A DNA stretch of 64,000 nt from Eledone cirrhosa (Eukaryota), in assembly GCA_964016885.1 (NCBI GenBank), contig OZ024741.1, forward strand, positions 85,064,001-85,128,000, written 5' to 3'. Made by a program: the position numbers and the translations under genes. Within the stretch, counting starts at the first letter, position 1, and each line of letters opens with the position of its first letter. Below, one piece after another: positions 50,106 through 64,000 of the stretch. Under the pieces are notes generated by a model, which made no database searches, was not told where the DNA came from, and saw nothing but the letters and a program-made list of their open reading frames with translations.

Positions 50106-50713
50106 TAAAACATGGGCAAATACTTAGAAAAACACGCAAGAAAATCAAAAAAAGATATAGATAAATGAAATAGAAATTGAAATATATAAAAATCTATCAA
50201 GAAATATAGTTAGGTGTGTGTATATGTATGTATATACGCTCACAGATGTGCATATATGTATATGCGCACATGTATATGTATAGTGAGAAAGTGTGCGTAA
50301 TTCTAAAATTTAGGGCAAATGTATCTATATGTCTGTATTATACAGACAGAAATGGTTACATCGTAAATATATGAATATGAAGGCGCGCGCATAAAACGCC
50401 TGGACACTCGTACACTTAGATGCGGAAAGAAAGGAGGTAAGGGAGTGTAATAATTAAAAGAAAAGTATCAGTCTCGATATATTTATAAAAATATAATAAC
50501 GATAAATTAGAAAGAAAAGATATTAGAAATAAAAAATTAAAGAAAACAAAAAAAAGGGGGGGCGGGTACATACATACACAGACACGCGTGTCTCACAAAA
50601 GAAATGTAAAAATAAATATGCTTATATACACACGCGCACTTACACTTCCATACGTTCGATACGTACATACACACACACACACACACATACTTATACTCAC
50701 GCATATAAACCTG

Positions 50714-52250
50714 ATATTGGTCTTGCCAGCAAAAAAATTTTAAATAAATTAAATACACACATTAGAAGTAAGTCTAAATTACTCCAATGGATAAATAGCT
50801 CTTCCGTGGTACATTGGTTTAATAATATTAAAAACAAAATCAGTTCTAGATTCACCCAATTTGACATCGTAGATTTCTACCCATCTATTACTCAGACCCT
50901 TTTAGTGAAAGCTTTAAATTTCGCTAGGGGGTTCACTAATATCTCCGATATTGAAGAGGATGTCATCTTGCATGCTAGGAACACTCTACTTTTTAATGAT
51001 AATGACACTTTGGTAAAAATATCTAACCCAGAGAACCCATTCGATGTCTCAATGGGCTCTTATGATAGTGCCGAGGTTTGTGATCTGGTCGGCCTATTCC
51101 TCTTACATACACTTAAAGAAAGATTTCCTAACCATATTTTTGGGCTTTATCGCGATGATGGTCTAATACTTTCCCATACCACCATAGGCCATAACTTAGA
51201 TAGATTAAGGAAAGACTTAATAAAAACCTTCGCTAGTTTTAATCTTAAAATACTATTGACACTAACCTTTCCAACGTAGATTTCCTAGATATAAACCTAG
51301 ATTTGCCTACTGCTTCTTATAAACCATACCATAAACCTAATGAAAACTTAAAATATATAAATAAAGGATCTTGCCATCCACCTATAGTTTTTAAAAACCT
51401 TATCCCTAATATTAGCCGTAGGATCTCCACCCTCTCTTCCTCGGAAGCTATTTTTAATAAGGCATCCCCCTACTATAATAAAGCCCTCCAAAATAGCGGC
51501 TTTAACGAACCGATTAAATACATACCTAACTACACTAACTCTATTAAACATAAAAATAGGAAAAGAAAAATAATCTGGTTCCCACCCCCCTACTCTCTAG
51601 CAGTTAAAACTAATGTAGGCAAAAAATTCCTAGAACTCCTAGATAAACATTTCCCTAGAACACATAGATACTATAAGATCTTTAACAGAAACTGTGTTAA
51701 AATTAGCTATTCCTGCGGTCCCCCTATTAAGTCCTATATCCTCAACAAAATATCACCTAGAGAAAATCAAACTTGCTCCTGTAGAATCAAAAGTGAATGC
51801 CCATTACAAGGTAAATGCAACTCCAAAGCCATTGTATATGCGGCTAAAGTGACAACCATCAGCAACAACCATCCAGCCACCAGTGAACGATATGTGGGTA
51901 TGACGCAAGACAGATTCAAAACGCGTTATTACTCACATGTCGCATCCTTTCGACATCCAGAAAAAAGATTTACAACAGCTCTGTCTAGCAGAATTTGGGA
52001 TTTGAAAGACCAAGGCATCCAATATAAACTAGATTGGTCAATTTTGAACCAATCTAAAAAATATGCTAGAGGAACAAGAAAATGCACGCTCTGCATAAAC
52101 GAAAAATTTTGGATATTGCAAAATCTTAAATCACCAAAGACCTGCCTGAACACAAAGACGGAAATTTTCACCAGTTGCCCACACATGAAATCACACCTGC
52201 TTTCTAGCTCATATAAACTTAACACACTTTCAGATACTTATCCTCCATAA
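50714..52250 (+). pseudogene. PLE RT (YRDD) + GIY-YIG, one frameshift
   Basis: FDIVDFYPSI, MGSYDSAEVCDLVG, GLYRDDG; frameshift near 51255; CSCRIKSECPLQGKC, IVYAA..YVGMT, CTLCINEK. Confidence 0.9.
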
Positions 52251-52636
52251 ACTCTTATTATTCTCTTTTTAATTACCCTTTCTGACTTACTTTCATTTTT
52301 ATCCTTGTCAATAATTTCATTTATTTTCACTTTTATTTACTTTTAATTCACATCCCCCCCCCTTTATTCTCCGATCCACTTCCTATTTTCTATTTTTTCC
52401 TTCCCCTTCTTTTACTTCCCTTTTTCCTCCACTAACTGATTACACATGTCTTTTGTGTTTTTCAATCCAGATATATTTTTCATTTTTATTTTAATTTTAT
52501 TTTTGCGTAGCCTATCTTACAATTTTATATTTGTACTTATTTATCCACAATTCAATATGGCTGAACGCCTTAATGTGTGTATACTTTTTATATATGTACA
52601 TGAGTGACTACGTATGTGCGCGCGCGTGCGTGTATG

Positions 52637-52685
<49 letters not shown>

Positions 52686-53473
52686 ATATATATGTGTGTA
52701 CAGGTGTTTGTGTGTGTATGTATATATTATGCGTATGTGTACGTGTCTTTATATCCGTGTTTTTGACATCTCGGTTTTCTGTTTTGTTCCTTTTTTCTTC
52801 TCCCCCCCCTTCCCTTTTTTTACTTACTCAGTTTTCATACGTGGGCATGCAAACAGGTTTATATGCGTGAGTATAAGTATGTGTGTGTGTGTGTGTGTGT
52901 GTATGTACGTATCGAACGTATGGAAGTGTAAGTGCGCGTGTGTATATAAGCATATTTATTTTTACATTTCTTTTGTGAGACACGCGTGTCTGTGTATGTA
53001 TGTACCCCTCCCCCCTTTTTTTTTTTTTTTTTTTTTCATTAATTTTTTCTTTCTAATATCTTTTCTTTCTAATTTATCGTTATTATATTTTTATAAATAT
53101 ATCGAGACTGATACTTTTCTTTTAATTATTACACTCCCTTACCTCCTTTCTTTCCGCACCTAAGCGTACGAGTGTCCAGGCGTTTTATGCGCGCGCCTTC
53201 ATATTCATATATTTACGATGTAACCATTTCTGTCTGTATAATACAGACATATAGATACATTTGCCCTATTTTAGAATTACGCACACTTTCTCACTATATA
53301 TATACATGTGCGCATATACATATATGCACATCTGTGAGCGTATATACATACATATACACACACCTAACTATATTTCTTGATAGATTTTTATATATTTCAA
53401 TTTCTATTTCATTTATCTATATCTTTTTTTTGATTTTCTTGACGTGTTTTTCTAAGTATTTGCCCATGTTTTA

Positions 53474-53553
53474 TATTGCCTCGTCTGACGAACGAATGAA
53501 GTCGTTTATTTCGTATTCGCCTCATTCGGGAAACCTCTGGTAATGAGGTAATA
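53474..53553 (+). ncRNA. Type I hammerhead in 3' pLTR
   Basis: TATTGCCTCGT-CTGACGA-ACGAATGA...TCATTCGG-GAAA-CC TCT GG-TA-ATGAGGTAATA; 11-bp stem I, GUA site after 53542, A.G mismatch at the base of stem II. Confidence 0.82.
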
Positions 53554-53575
53554 ATATTGTATTGATTTTATACAT

Positions 53576-53607
<32 letters not shown>

Positions 53608-53627
53608 CGTATATATATATATATACA

Positions 53628-54165
<538 letters not shown>

Positions 54166-54304
54166 CTTGACTCTGTATTCCGTTTATCTTTCACCGAAAG
54201 TGATTTTTCATTGCATCTCTTCTTTCCATGATATCCGGATTACATTGAGTTCTTCATACGGATTGGACACTACCGTAAACTCTTGGTAGATTTATCTACA
54301 TATA

Positions 54305-54336
<32 letters not shown>

Positions 54337-54343
54337 CATACAT

Positions 54344-54420
<77 letters not shown>

Positions 54421-54624
54421 CATACATATACATACATATATATATATATACATATATATACATATATATATATACATATATATATATACATACACATATA
54501 TATACACATAAATATATTTATATATATATACATATATATATATACATATATATATATGTATATATATGTATATATATATGTGTATATATATATATGTATA
54601 TATATATGTATACATATATATATG

Positions 54625-54760
<136 letters not shown>

Positions 54761-54787
54761 CATATATATATACATATATATATATAC

Positions 54788-54834
<47 letters not shown>

Positions 54835-54892
54835 CATATATATATATACACATATATATATACATATATATACATATATATATATGTATATA

Positions 54893-54923
<31 letters not shown>

Positions 54924-54930
54924 TTATGTG

Positions 54931-55003
<73 letters not shown>

Positions 55004-55005
55004 GT

Positions 55006-55159
<154 letters not shown>

Positions 55160-55160
55160 G

Positions 55161-55193
<33 letters not shown>

Positions 55194-55201
55194 GTATATA
55201 T

Positions 55202-57368
55202 ATTGGTAAACGGAATAGAAAATGCTGACAAATTGTTCACAGTTGAAAAATGGTTTAATTAGGAATAAAAGAGTATTAGTGATTGTATGGGTTAGTATTC
55301 AGTTGTGGTTTTAAGTTTTTAAGTTTTTACCGGTTGCGCATTTCTAAATGCTTTTCAAAAATAATTTTGAGATAGAGTGTCCGTGCTGTTTGCTCTGATC
55401 TGATTAGTTTTGGGAATTCTACCTGTTTTTATGAGAAACCTAAAAACTCTAATCAACCAATACAAAGAAGGACTCACTAACAAGGAATTCAGCTTCATCA
55501 CAGACTTCACAAGTAAATCCAGCCTTTTCTACGGTATCCCTAAAGTACATAAAAGCGAATCAATCAGTAAGGCATGCAAGGAAGCCACAGACATAGTCAT
55601 CAATGTCCCCTCACCCAATGATCTCAAATTAAGACCTATAATAGCAGACCCCGCTTGCGAAACGCACCGTCTTAGCAACTTCATTGATACCCTTCTCAAA
55701 CCCTTCCTCAAGCACATCAAAAACTATATAAGGGACGACCTAGATATGCTCAATCACCTCCCTAATATGCCACTTTCTGAACAAACCCTACTAGTGACGT
55801 TCGATGTAGTCAACCTATACTCCAACATCCCCCACAACCTAGGAATAGAAGCTATCCAATTCTGGCTGGATAACTTCCACAATGAACTCCCACAACGCAT
55901 CAAAAAAGAATTCGTGATAGAGGGACTCAAATTTATCTTGGAGAACAATTACTTCGTTTTCAATAACAAACCCTACAGGCAGAAATCTGGGACCGCTATG
56001 GGAACGAAAACAGCCCCTACGTATGCCAACCTAGTCATGGGATACCTGGAAATCACCCTCTACACTAAAGTCCTAAACAAATTTGGAAACACCCTCCACT
56101 TACACATTGAAAGGAACTGGAAGCGATATCTTAATGACTGCTTCATCCTTTGGCACGAAAACATCGAAAAACTTAAAGAATTTCACACCCTTATAAATGA
56201 GCTCAACACAAATATTAACTTCACGATGGAATACAGCCATCAACAACTCCCCTTCCTCGACATCCTCATTAAGATCCATAACAAAAAAATAGAAACAGAC
56301 ATATACTACAAGCCCACAGACTCCAAGCAATACCTCCCCTTCAACTCTTGCCACCCTAGACACGTTAAAATTAATATTCCCTACAACTTAGCCAAGAGAA
56401 TCTGTACTATAGTCTCCAATAAAAACATCTGCTACTTACGGCTACAAGAACTAAAGGACACACTCATAGGCAGGGACTACCCTGCATCACTAATTGACAA
56501 TGGAATCCAACGTGCCCTAAAACTCAGTACCCAGGACCTTAGACACCCTAAAGTAAATCAACCAAAACTAAAAGCTCTTCCATACATCTCCACACACAAC
56601 CCCCTCAACAACGAGGCCTTTGACACCATCCTCCAGAACATCCCTGTATTGAAAAAGGACCATAGAATGAACCAAATTCTACGAACACACGATATAATAA
56701 AGAGCAAAAGACAATCCAAGTCAATGAAAAACATCTTAACACATGCCAAAGTACTGCCAACCACAACAACGAAACCCACAGTAAAAAAATGCGATAGACC
56801 CAACTGTGGCATTTGCATCAACCTAATAGAGGGTTCGGAATTCTATTTCAAAGATGGACAACGTTTTATAGTAAAACACAATTTCACATGTGCATCGGAA
56901 AATTTAATATATGTATTAACTTGTTCAGGTTGTCGAGAACAATACATAGGCCAGACCAAAAACAGCCTCCGCCAACGCATGACTGTCCATAGATCCCAAA
57001 TTAAAATACGGGAATACAGGAAAATACCACTGAGTGAACACATTGATACCTGCGCCGCCCAAAATCATCCCAACTTCAGAATCTTTCCCCTCTACAAATT
57101 TAAAGATAATGCCACCCACACCCAGCGCATCAGCAAGGAATCTTACTTCATTAACAAATACGGACCCCGTCTAAACACTTCTCCCTAAGACGAACCCACA
57201 ACATACACACGTCAACATACATACCTACATCAGCACACATCTCTACCCACATATAAACACAATGACACACGTAAACACACATGCTCTATGGTGCAATACA
57301 AAAAAATATATGTGCATATATATGTATGTATATATGTATATATATATATATATATATATGTAGTGAAA

Positions 57369-57413
<45 letters not shown>

Positions 57414-57539
57414 GTGAATATCAATTCACACCTTTTATTGTTAAGATTGTTGATGTTCTATTAAGAGAACCGATTTTACTGAAAAAATCGAATAATGTAC
57501 ACCATTTTACCAGGGGGGAAAAAATACTGGTCCACCCAC

Positions 57540-57578
<39 letters not shown>

Positions 57579-58363
57579 CACAAACACATACACACGCGTA
57601 CATCAACATACAAAGAGACTTATACACACACACACACACACACACACACGCACTTCTCCGTATAAGACAAAAGCTGAAAAATATCTTTTGACCTTCGAAT
57701 GACTCTGCTGTGTGTATGTACGCACACACACACACACACACACACACACTTATCTTAATAGCCATTTGACACACATCGCTGGTGGCTATTGTCGCAGCAT
57801 CGAACAGCTTACTACTACTACTACACACACACACACACACACATTTGTTGTGAAAGAGTCATTTCTCAATCTTGGCGCAAAACCAATTTTTTATCCACAT
57901 GACCTCTACCGACCAATCAAAATTGTTTTGCCCATAATTTTTGCTGGAGCCACTTTTCTAACATTTTAACATAAAAACAGTCTTGGCGCAAAATCAACTT
58001 TTTACATTCACATGACCTCTACCGACCAATCAAAATTGTTTTGACCACAAGCATTTTTACAACACAAAAATAACGCTGGAGCCATTTTTTTAACATAAAA
58101 ACAGGTAGAATTCCCAAAACTAATCAGATCAGAGCAAACAGCACGGACACTCTATCTCAAAATTATTTTTGAAAAGCATTTAGAAATGCGCAACCGGTAA
58201 AAACTTAAAAACTTAAAACCACAACTGAATACTAACCCATACAATCACTAATACTCTTTTATTCCTAATTAAACCATTTTTCAACTGTGAACAATTTGTC
58301 AGCATTTTCTATTCCGTTTACCAATATATAATAACTTGTGTGTTACACCTCTATTCTTTTAAC
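55202..58363 (+). mobile_element. 5'-truncated Neptune-type PLE with upstream inverted 3'-terminal piece
   Basis: 55202-55433 is an inverted copy of the 3' terminus, joined to the ORF through TTATG microhomology; near-identical to the 22-26 kb element. Confidence 0.92.
55429..57188 (+). pseudogene. PLE RT + GIY-YIG, open frame but 5'-truncated with catalytic YLDD changed to YLND
   Basis: ORF 55410..57188; first residues come from the inverted piece; WKRYLNDCF here versus WKRYLDDCF in the 23-kb copy. Confidence 0.9.
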
Positions 58364-58385
58364 TATGTATATATATATATACATA

Positions 58386-58419
<34 letters not shown>

Positions 58420-58427
<8 letters not shown>

Positions 58428-58790
58428 TTAACATAATTTAGATTCTCATTGCCTTTATGGTAAGCGTAATATAGGCCGGTGTCAAGATTAAGGGATATAT
58501 CCAGGAAGTTAGCTAGTTTGACGTTTTCAAATTCAATTTTTAGGTTATGGTACTTAAATAGATCAAGTATATTATTCTTAATAATATTAAGGTTAACTAA
58601 GTTACAAGTTAAGACAGTAAAAAGGGCATCACCACGATAAATTGCACCGCGAAGTTGATGAATTTTCCGATTTAAAGAATTCAAAATAAAATACCAATCA
58701 AGTCCGTCAACTGCGCTGAATCCGACGAACCCATTGTGATATCAAAATTGTTAGAAGTATCAGCTCTCTCTCTATATATAGGTATATATA
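58420..58790 (-). mobile_element. Inverted duplicate of the 5' end of the 59.4-kb PLE
   Basis: Reverse complement of ~59410-59773, including the adjoining GA/TA flank. Confidence 0.88.
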
Positions 58791-58796
58791 TATCTG

Positions 58797-58933
<137 letters not shown>

Positions 58934-58954
58934 GTAAATATAGTTTTAATATAG

Positions 58955-59011
58955 ATGAGATCCTACAGGACTAGAACTGTTTCATTCTTTAGAAATCATC
59001 AGGAATCTCAT
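58955..59011 (-). ncRNA. Solo canonical type I hammerhead
   Basis: Minus strand ATGAGATTC-CTGATGA-TTTCTAAAGAAT-GAAA-CAG TTCTAGTC CTG-TA-GGATCTCAT; 9-bp stem I, GUA site. Confidence 0.85.
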
Positions 59012-59027
59012 ATGTAAATATATGTAA

Positions 59028-59148
<121 letters not shown>

Positions 59149-59156
59149 TATAAATG

Positions 59157-59305
<149 letters not shown>

Positions 59306-59309
59306 TTAC

Positions 59310-59341
<32 letters not shown>

Positions 59342-59342
59342 T

Positions 59343-59412
<70 letters not shown>

Positions 59413-59429
59413 CCTATATATAGAGAGAG

Positions 59430-61225
59430 AGCTGATACTTCTAACAATTTTGATATCACAATGGGTTCGTCGGATTCTGCGCAGTTGACGGACTTGATTG
59501 GTATCTTTATTTTGAATTCTTTAAATCGGAAAATTCCTCAACTTCGCGGTGCAATTTATCGTGGTGATGCCCTTTTTACTGTCTTAAATTGTAACTTAGT
59601 TAACCTTAATATTATTAAGAATAATATACTTGATCTATTTAAGCACCATAACCTAAACATTGAATTTGAAAACGTCAAACTAGCTAACTTCCTGGATATA
59701 TCCCTTAATCTTGCCACCGGCCTATATTACCCTTACCATAAAGGCAATGAGAATCTAAATTATGTTAATTTTAAATCTAACCACCCCATTAACGCTAAAA
59801 ATGCTATAGTCAGTAATCTTGAAAAAAGAATCTCAAATCTATCGTCTAATAAAGTTATCTTCGACGCTAATGCCAATTATTATAATAATGCGCTTTCCAA
59901 AGCCGGTTATCCTGATAAAATTAAATACAGTAAAGAAACCAATCATTGAAGGACTTATAGTAAAATAGTTAGTTATGAACATTCCAATAACTTAAATAAA
60001 AGACCTAGATACAAAAATATGATTTGGTACAACGCTCCTTTTTCTCTATCTATTACTAGTAAGATTCCTAAACTATTTTTTAGGGCCTTAGATAACTGCT
60101 TCCCTCCCTCGCATATCTATAGTAAAATCTTTAACAAACATACAATCAAATTCTCTTATTCCACCACTTCCAACATCTCTAACATTATCTCTAAACATAA
60201 TAATAAAATATTAAATAATAAATTATATCCATCCAACAATGAGCGTCATAATAATAGCAATAGTAAATCCGACGTCAATGTTAACTCTAGGCTAGATTCA
60301 GTAAATTTAAATACGACGTGAAACGTAACTTTGTCGAATGTTCATAACACCAATCTAAATCAGGAAAGCATAGTACCTATCGTAAATAACTTCCCCAATC
60401 CAATTCCTTCTATAAATAATACTAGGTCACTTATTAATAACTTTGGTAATTTCTCTAATCGTAATTGTAATTGCCCTGTTAGAACTAAATGTCCTCTTAA
60501 TAACCAATGTCTTGATAAAAATTTAGTGTATAAATGTAAGGTTATAACTGGTCCTAATTCTTTTACCTATTTTGGTTCCACTTCCTCTTCCTTTAAAGCA
60601 AGATTTTATAATCACAATTCGTGTTTTAAATACAAACTAAAAAGAACTAACACGGCACTCTCAGAACTCATATGGTTCTTAAAAGACAAAAATATTAACT
60701 ACAACATCTCTTGGAGGAAGGTTTGCAACGCCTCTCCTTACCGGAATTCCTCCCTATCCAGAACATGTAATCTCTGCCTAGCCGAGAAATTTACCATTAA
60801 CTCTAATTTTAATTCTATAATAAATAGACGTACGGATTTATATTCGCTCTGCTTGCATAAATCCCATAGAACTTTCCATAAAGTATACAGCTAATATCTC
60901 AACACCTAATTAGTTTAAAATCTTCTTTTCTCAAACGCTTTTATATCTTTTACAAATATACCCATCTTTCTACCTTATTTCAGTATATTATATTATACAA
61001 TTTACTCATTCTATGTCGTTAGCGGTCCCCTATTTTTCTTCTTTTTTAACCTTTTTTCCTTTCTTCCTTTTTTCTTTTTTTAATTTCTAATCTTTAATCT
61101 GTAACTTTTACTTCTCAATTACTTCTTAATTCATATTATTACTCACTATAGCATTTTCCTTATATTCTTCGCCATACAAACTATATTTTTAATATATACT
61201 AATATTACCATTAGTAAATTTTGTA

Positions 61226-61271
<46 letters not shown>

Positions 61272-61672
61272 TACGTTATATTTTTTCTTCCTTAAATTTT
61301 CTTCTTTCGTCTCTCCTTCCGTGCTCGTATTAAACCTATCATTTACTTTTTCATATTACAATACATAAAAACAAACTTAAACCCTAACTAATTCCTCTAA
61401 GTTCATAATTCATTTAATCTCTTCTTCATTCACCTTATATCCTTAATATTTTTATTTTAATAATACATATTAATAAATTCCTTTCGGCACATATTATTAA
61501 ACCCTTCAATATATAAACCTTAAATAAATACTATTCTTAATTCCGTTTTCTTTAATCATAAACATCACCATTCATAAATCTCATTAACTTTTAATTTCAA
61601 AATTGTTTTAAATTATGTATTATCTTACAACGGTTGTTTTTTCTCTGTGAGACTGTTTCTCAACATTAAAGG

Positions 61673-61753
<81 letters not shown>

Positions 61754-62055
61754 ATTTCTCCTCCTCTCTCATCCTTCCTTCTTATACTCCTCACTCGTCA
61801 TCATTTATTTTCTTTCTTCCTCTTCCTTACCTTTTCCTTCCCCCTCCTCCTTTGTTCCCAATCTCATATTTCCATCTTACTTTATTTTTCATATGTTGAT
61901 TTAACACTTCACTGCTCGCAAGTGTTTTTTAAGCTTCATATCATGTCTCCCTATTTTATCTGATGAGAACGCAAATATCATCCCATGAGGATATTTGTTT
62001 TTGAAATGCGCAGAATAAAATACAGGGAACTCTTTTAACCATCTTTTGATCTTAT
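59430..62055 (+). mobile_element. 5'-truncated decayed Nematis-type PLE with 3'UTR/pLTR
   Basis: [23 protein letters not shown] (degenerate YRDD), CNCPVRTKCPLNNQC, LVYKC..YFGST, CNLCLAEK; one frame to 60894 with TGA at 59947 and 60319. Confidence 0.88.
61948..62027 (+). ncRNA. Hammerhead in PLE terminus, probably inactivated
   Basis: TATTTTAT-CTGATGA-GAACGCAAATATC...GATATTTGTTTTT-GAAA-TGCGCA-GA-ATAAAATA; G stands where U16.1 is required. Confidence 0.6.
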
Positions 62056-62069
62056 GTTATATATACATA

Positions 62070-62101
<32 letters not shown>

Positions 62102-62102
62102 C

Positions 62103-62157
<55 letters not shown>

Positions 62158-62188
62158 CATATATATATAACAGTCTGATTTATATGCA

Positions 62189-62224
<36 letters not shown>

Positions 62225-62235
62225 CATATATATAC

Positions 62236-62290
<55 letters not shown>

Positions 62291-62297
62291 CATATAG

Positions 62298-62344
<47 letters not shown>

Positions 62345-62381
62345 CATATATATATATACATATATATACATATATATATAC

Positions 62382-64000
<1,619 letters not shown>

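Larger units (their letters stand above)
49925..53580 (+). mobile_element. 5'-truncated Nematis-type PLE with upstream inverted pLTR
   Basis: ~50000-50713 is the reverse complement of ~52854-53580; ORF between; HHR in both pLTRs. Confidence 0.9.

Noticed and set aside
55410-57188. Intact active PLE protein
   Set aside because: The start comes from an inverted UTR piece, the N-terminus is missing and a catalytic Asp is mutated (YLND).
59430-60894. Two in-frame TGA codons as selenocysteine (as in some Naiad PLEs)
   Set aside because: They fall in variable linkers rather than conserved Cys positions, fit CGA-to-TGA decay, the RT motif is already degenerate (YRGD), and I see no SECIS.

Overview
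AT-rich, microsatellite-dense eukaryotic (metazoan) DNA. The repeat content is consistent with a cephalopod such as Octopus, which is inference only. I found no host gene, rRNA, tRNA or CRISPR. Nearly all long ORFs in the track are artefacts of (TA)n/(TG)n tracts. The real content is a transposon landing pad. (ATT)n tracts at 2.8-11.8 kb hold two R4/Dong-clade fragments, a full-length decayed Tx1/L1 element and tRNA-derived SINEs. (TA)n tracts from about 19 kb on hold many Penelope-like elements (PLEs; Neptune-type, YRDD/Nematis-type and one other), an RTE-type LINE and a non-autonomous Helitron. The main signal is non-coding: by eye I can fold more than 20 type I hammerhead-ribozyme (HHR) motifs from about nine distinct sequence families. 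They include (i) a 420-500 bp tandem repeat with one minimal HHR and one ATGCAAAT octamer per unit (retrozyme or newt-satellite-2-like), (ii) families with recurrent non-canonical cores (CAGAAGA; TTGAAAA...GCAA), (iii) a palindrome of two back-to-back HHRs with a ~115-nt stem II, and (iv) a solo HHR island. HHR repeat arrays are joined directly to 5'-truncation points of PLEs, suggesting capture by PLE reverse transcriptase. All folds are manual and none is tested.
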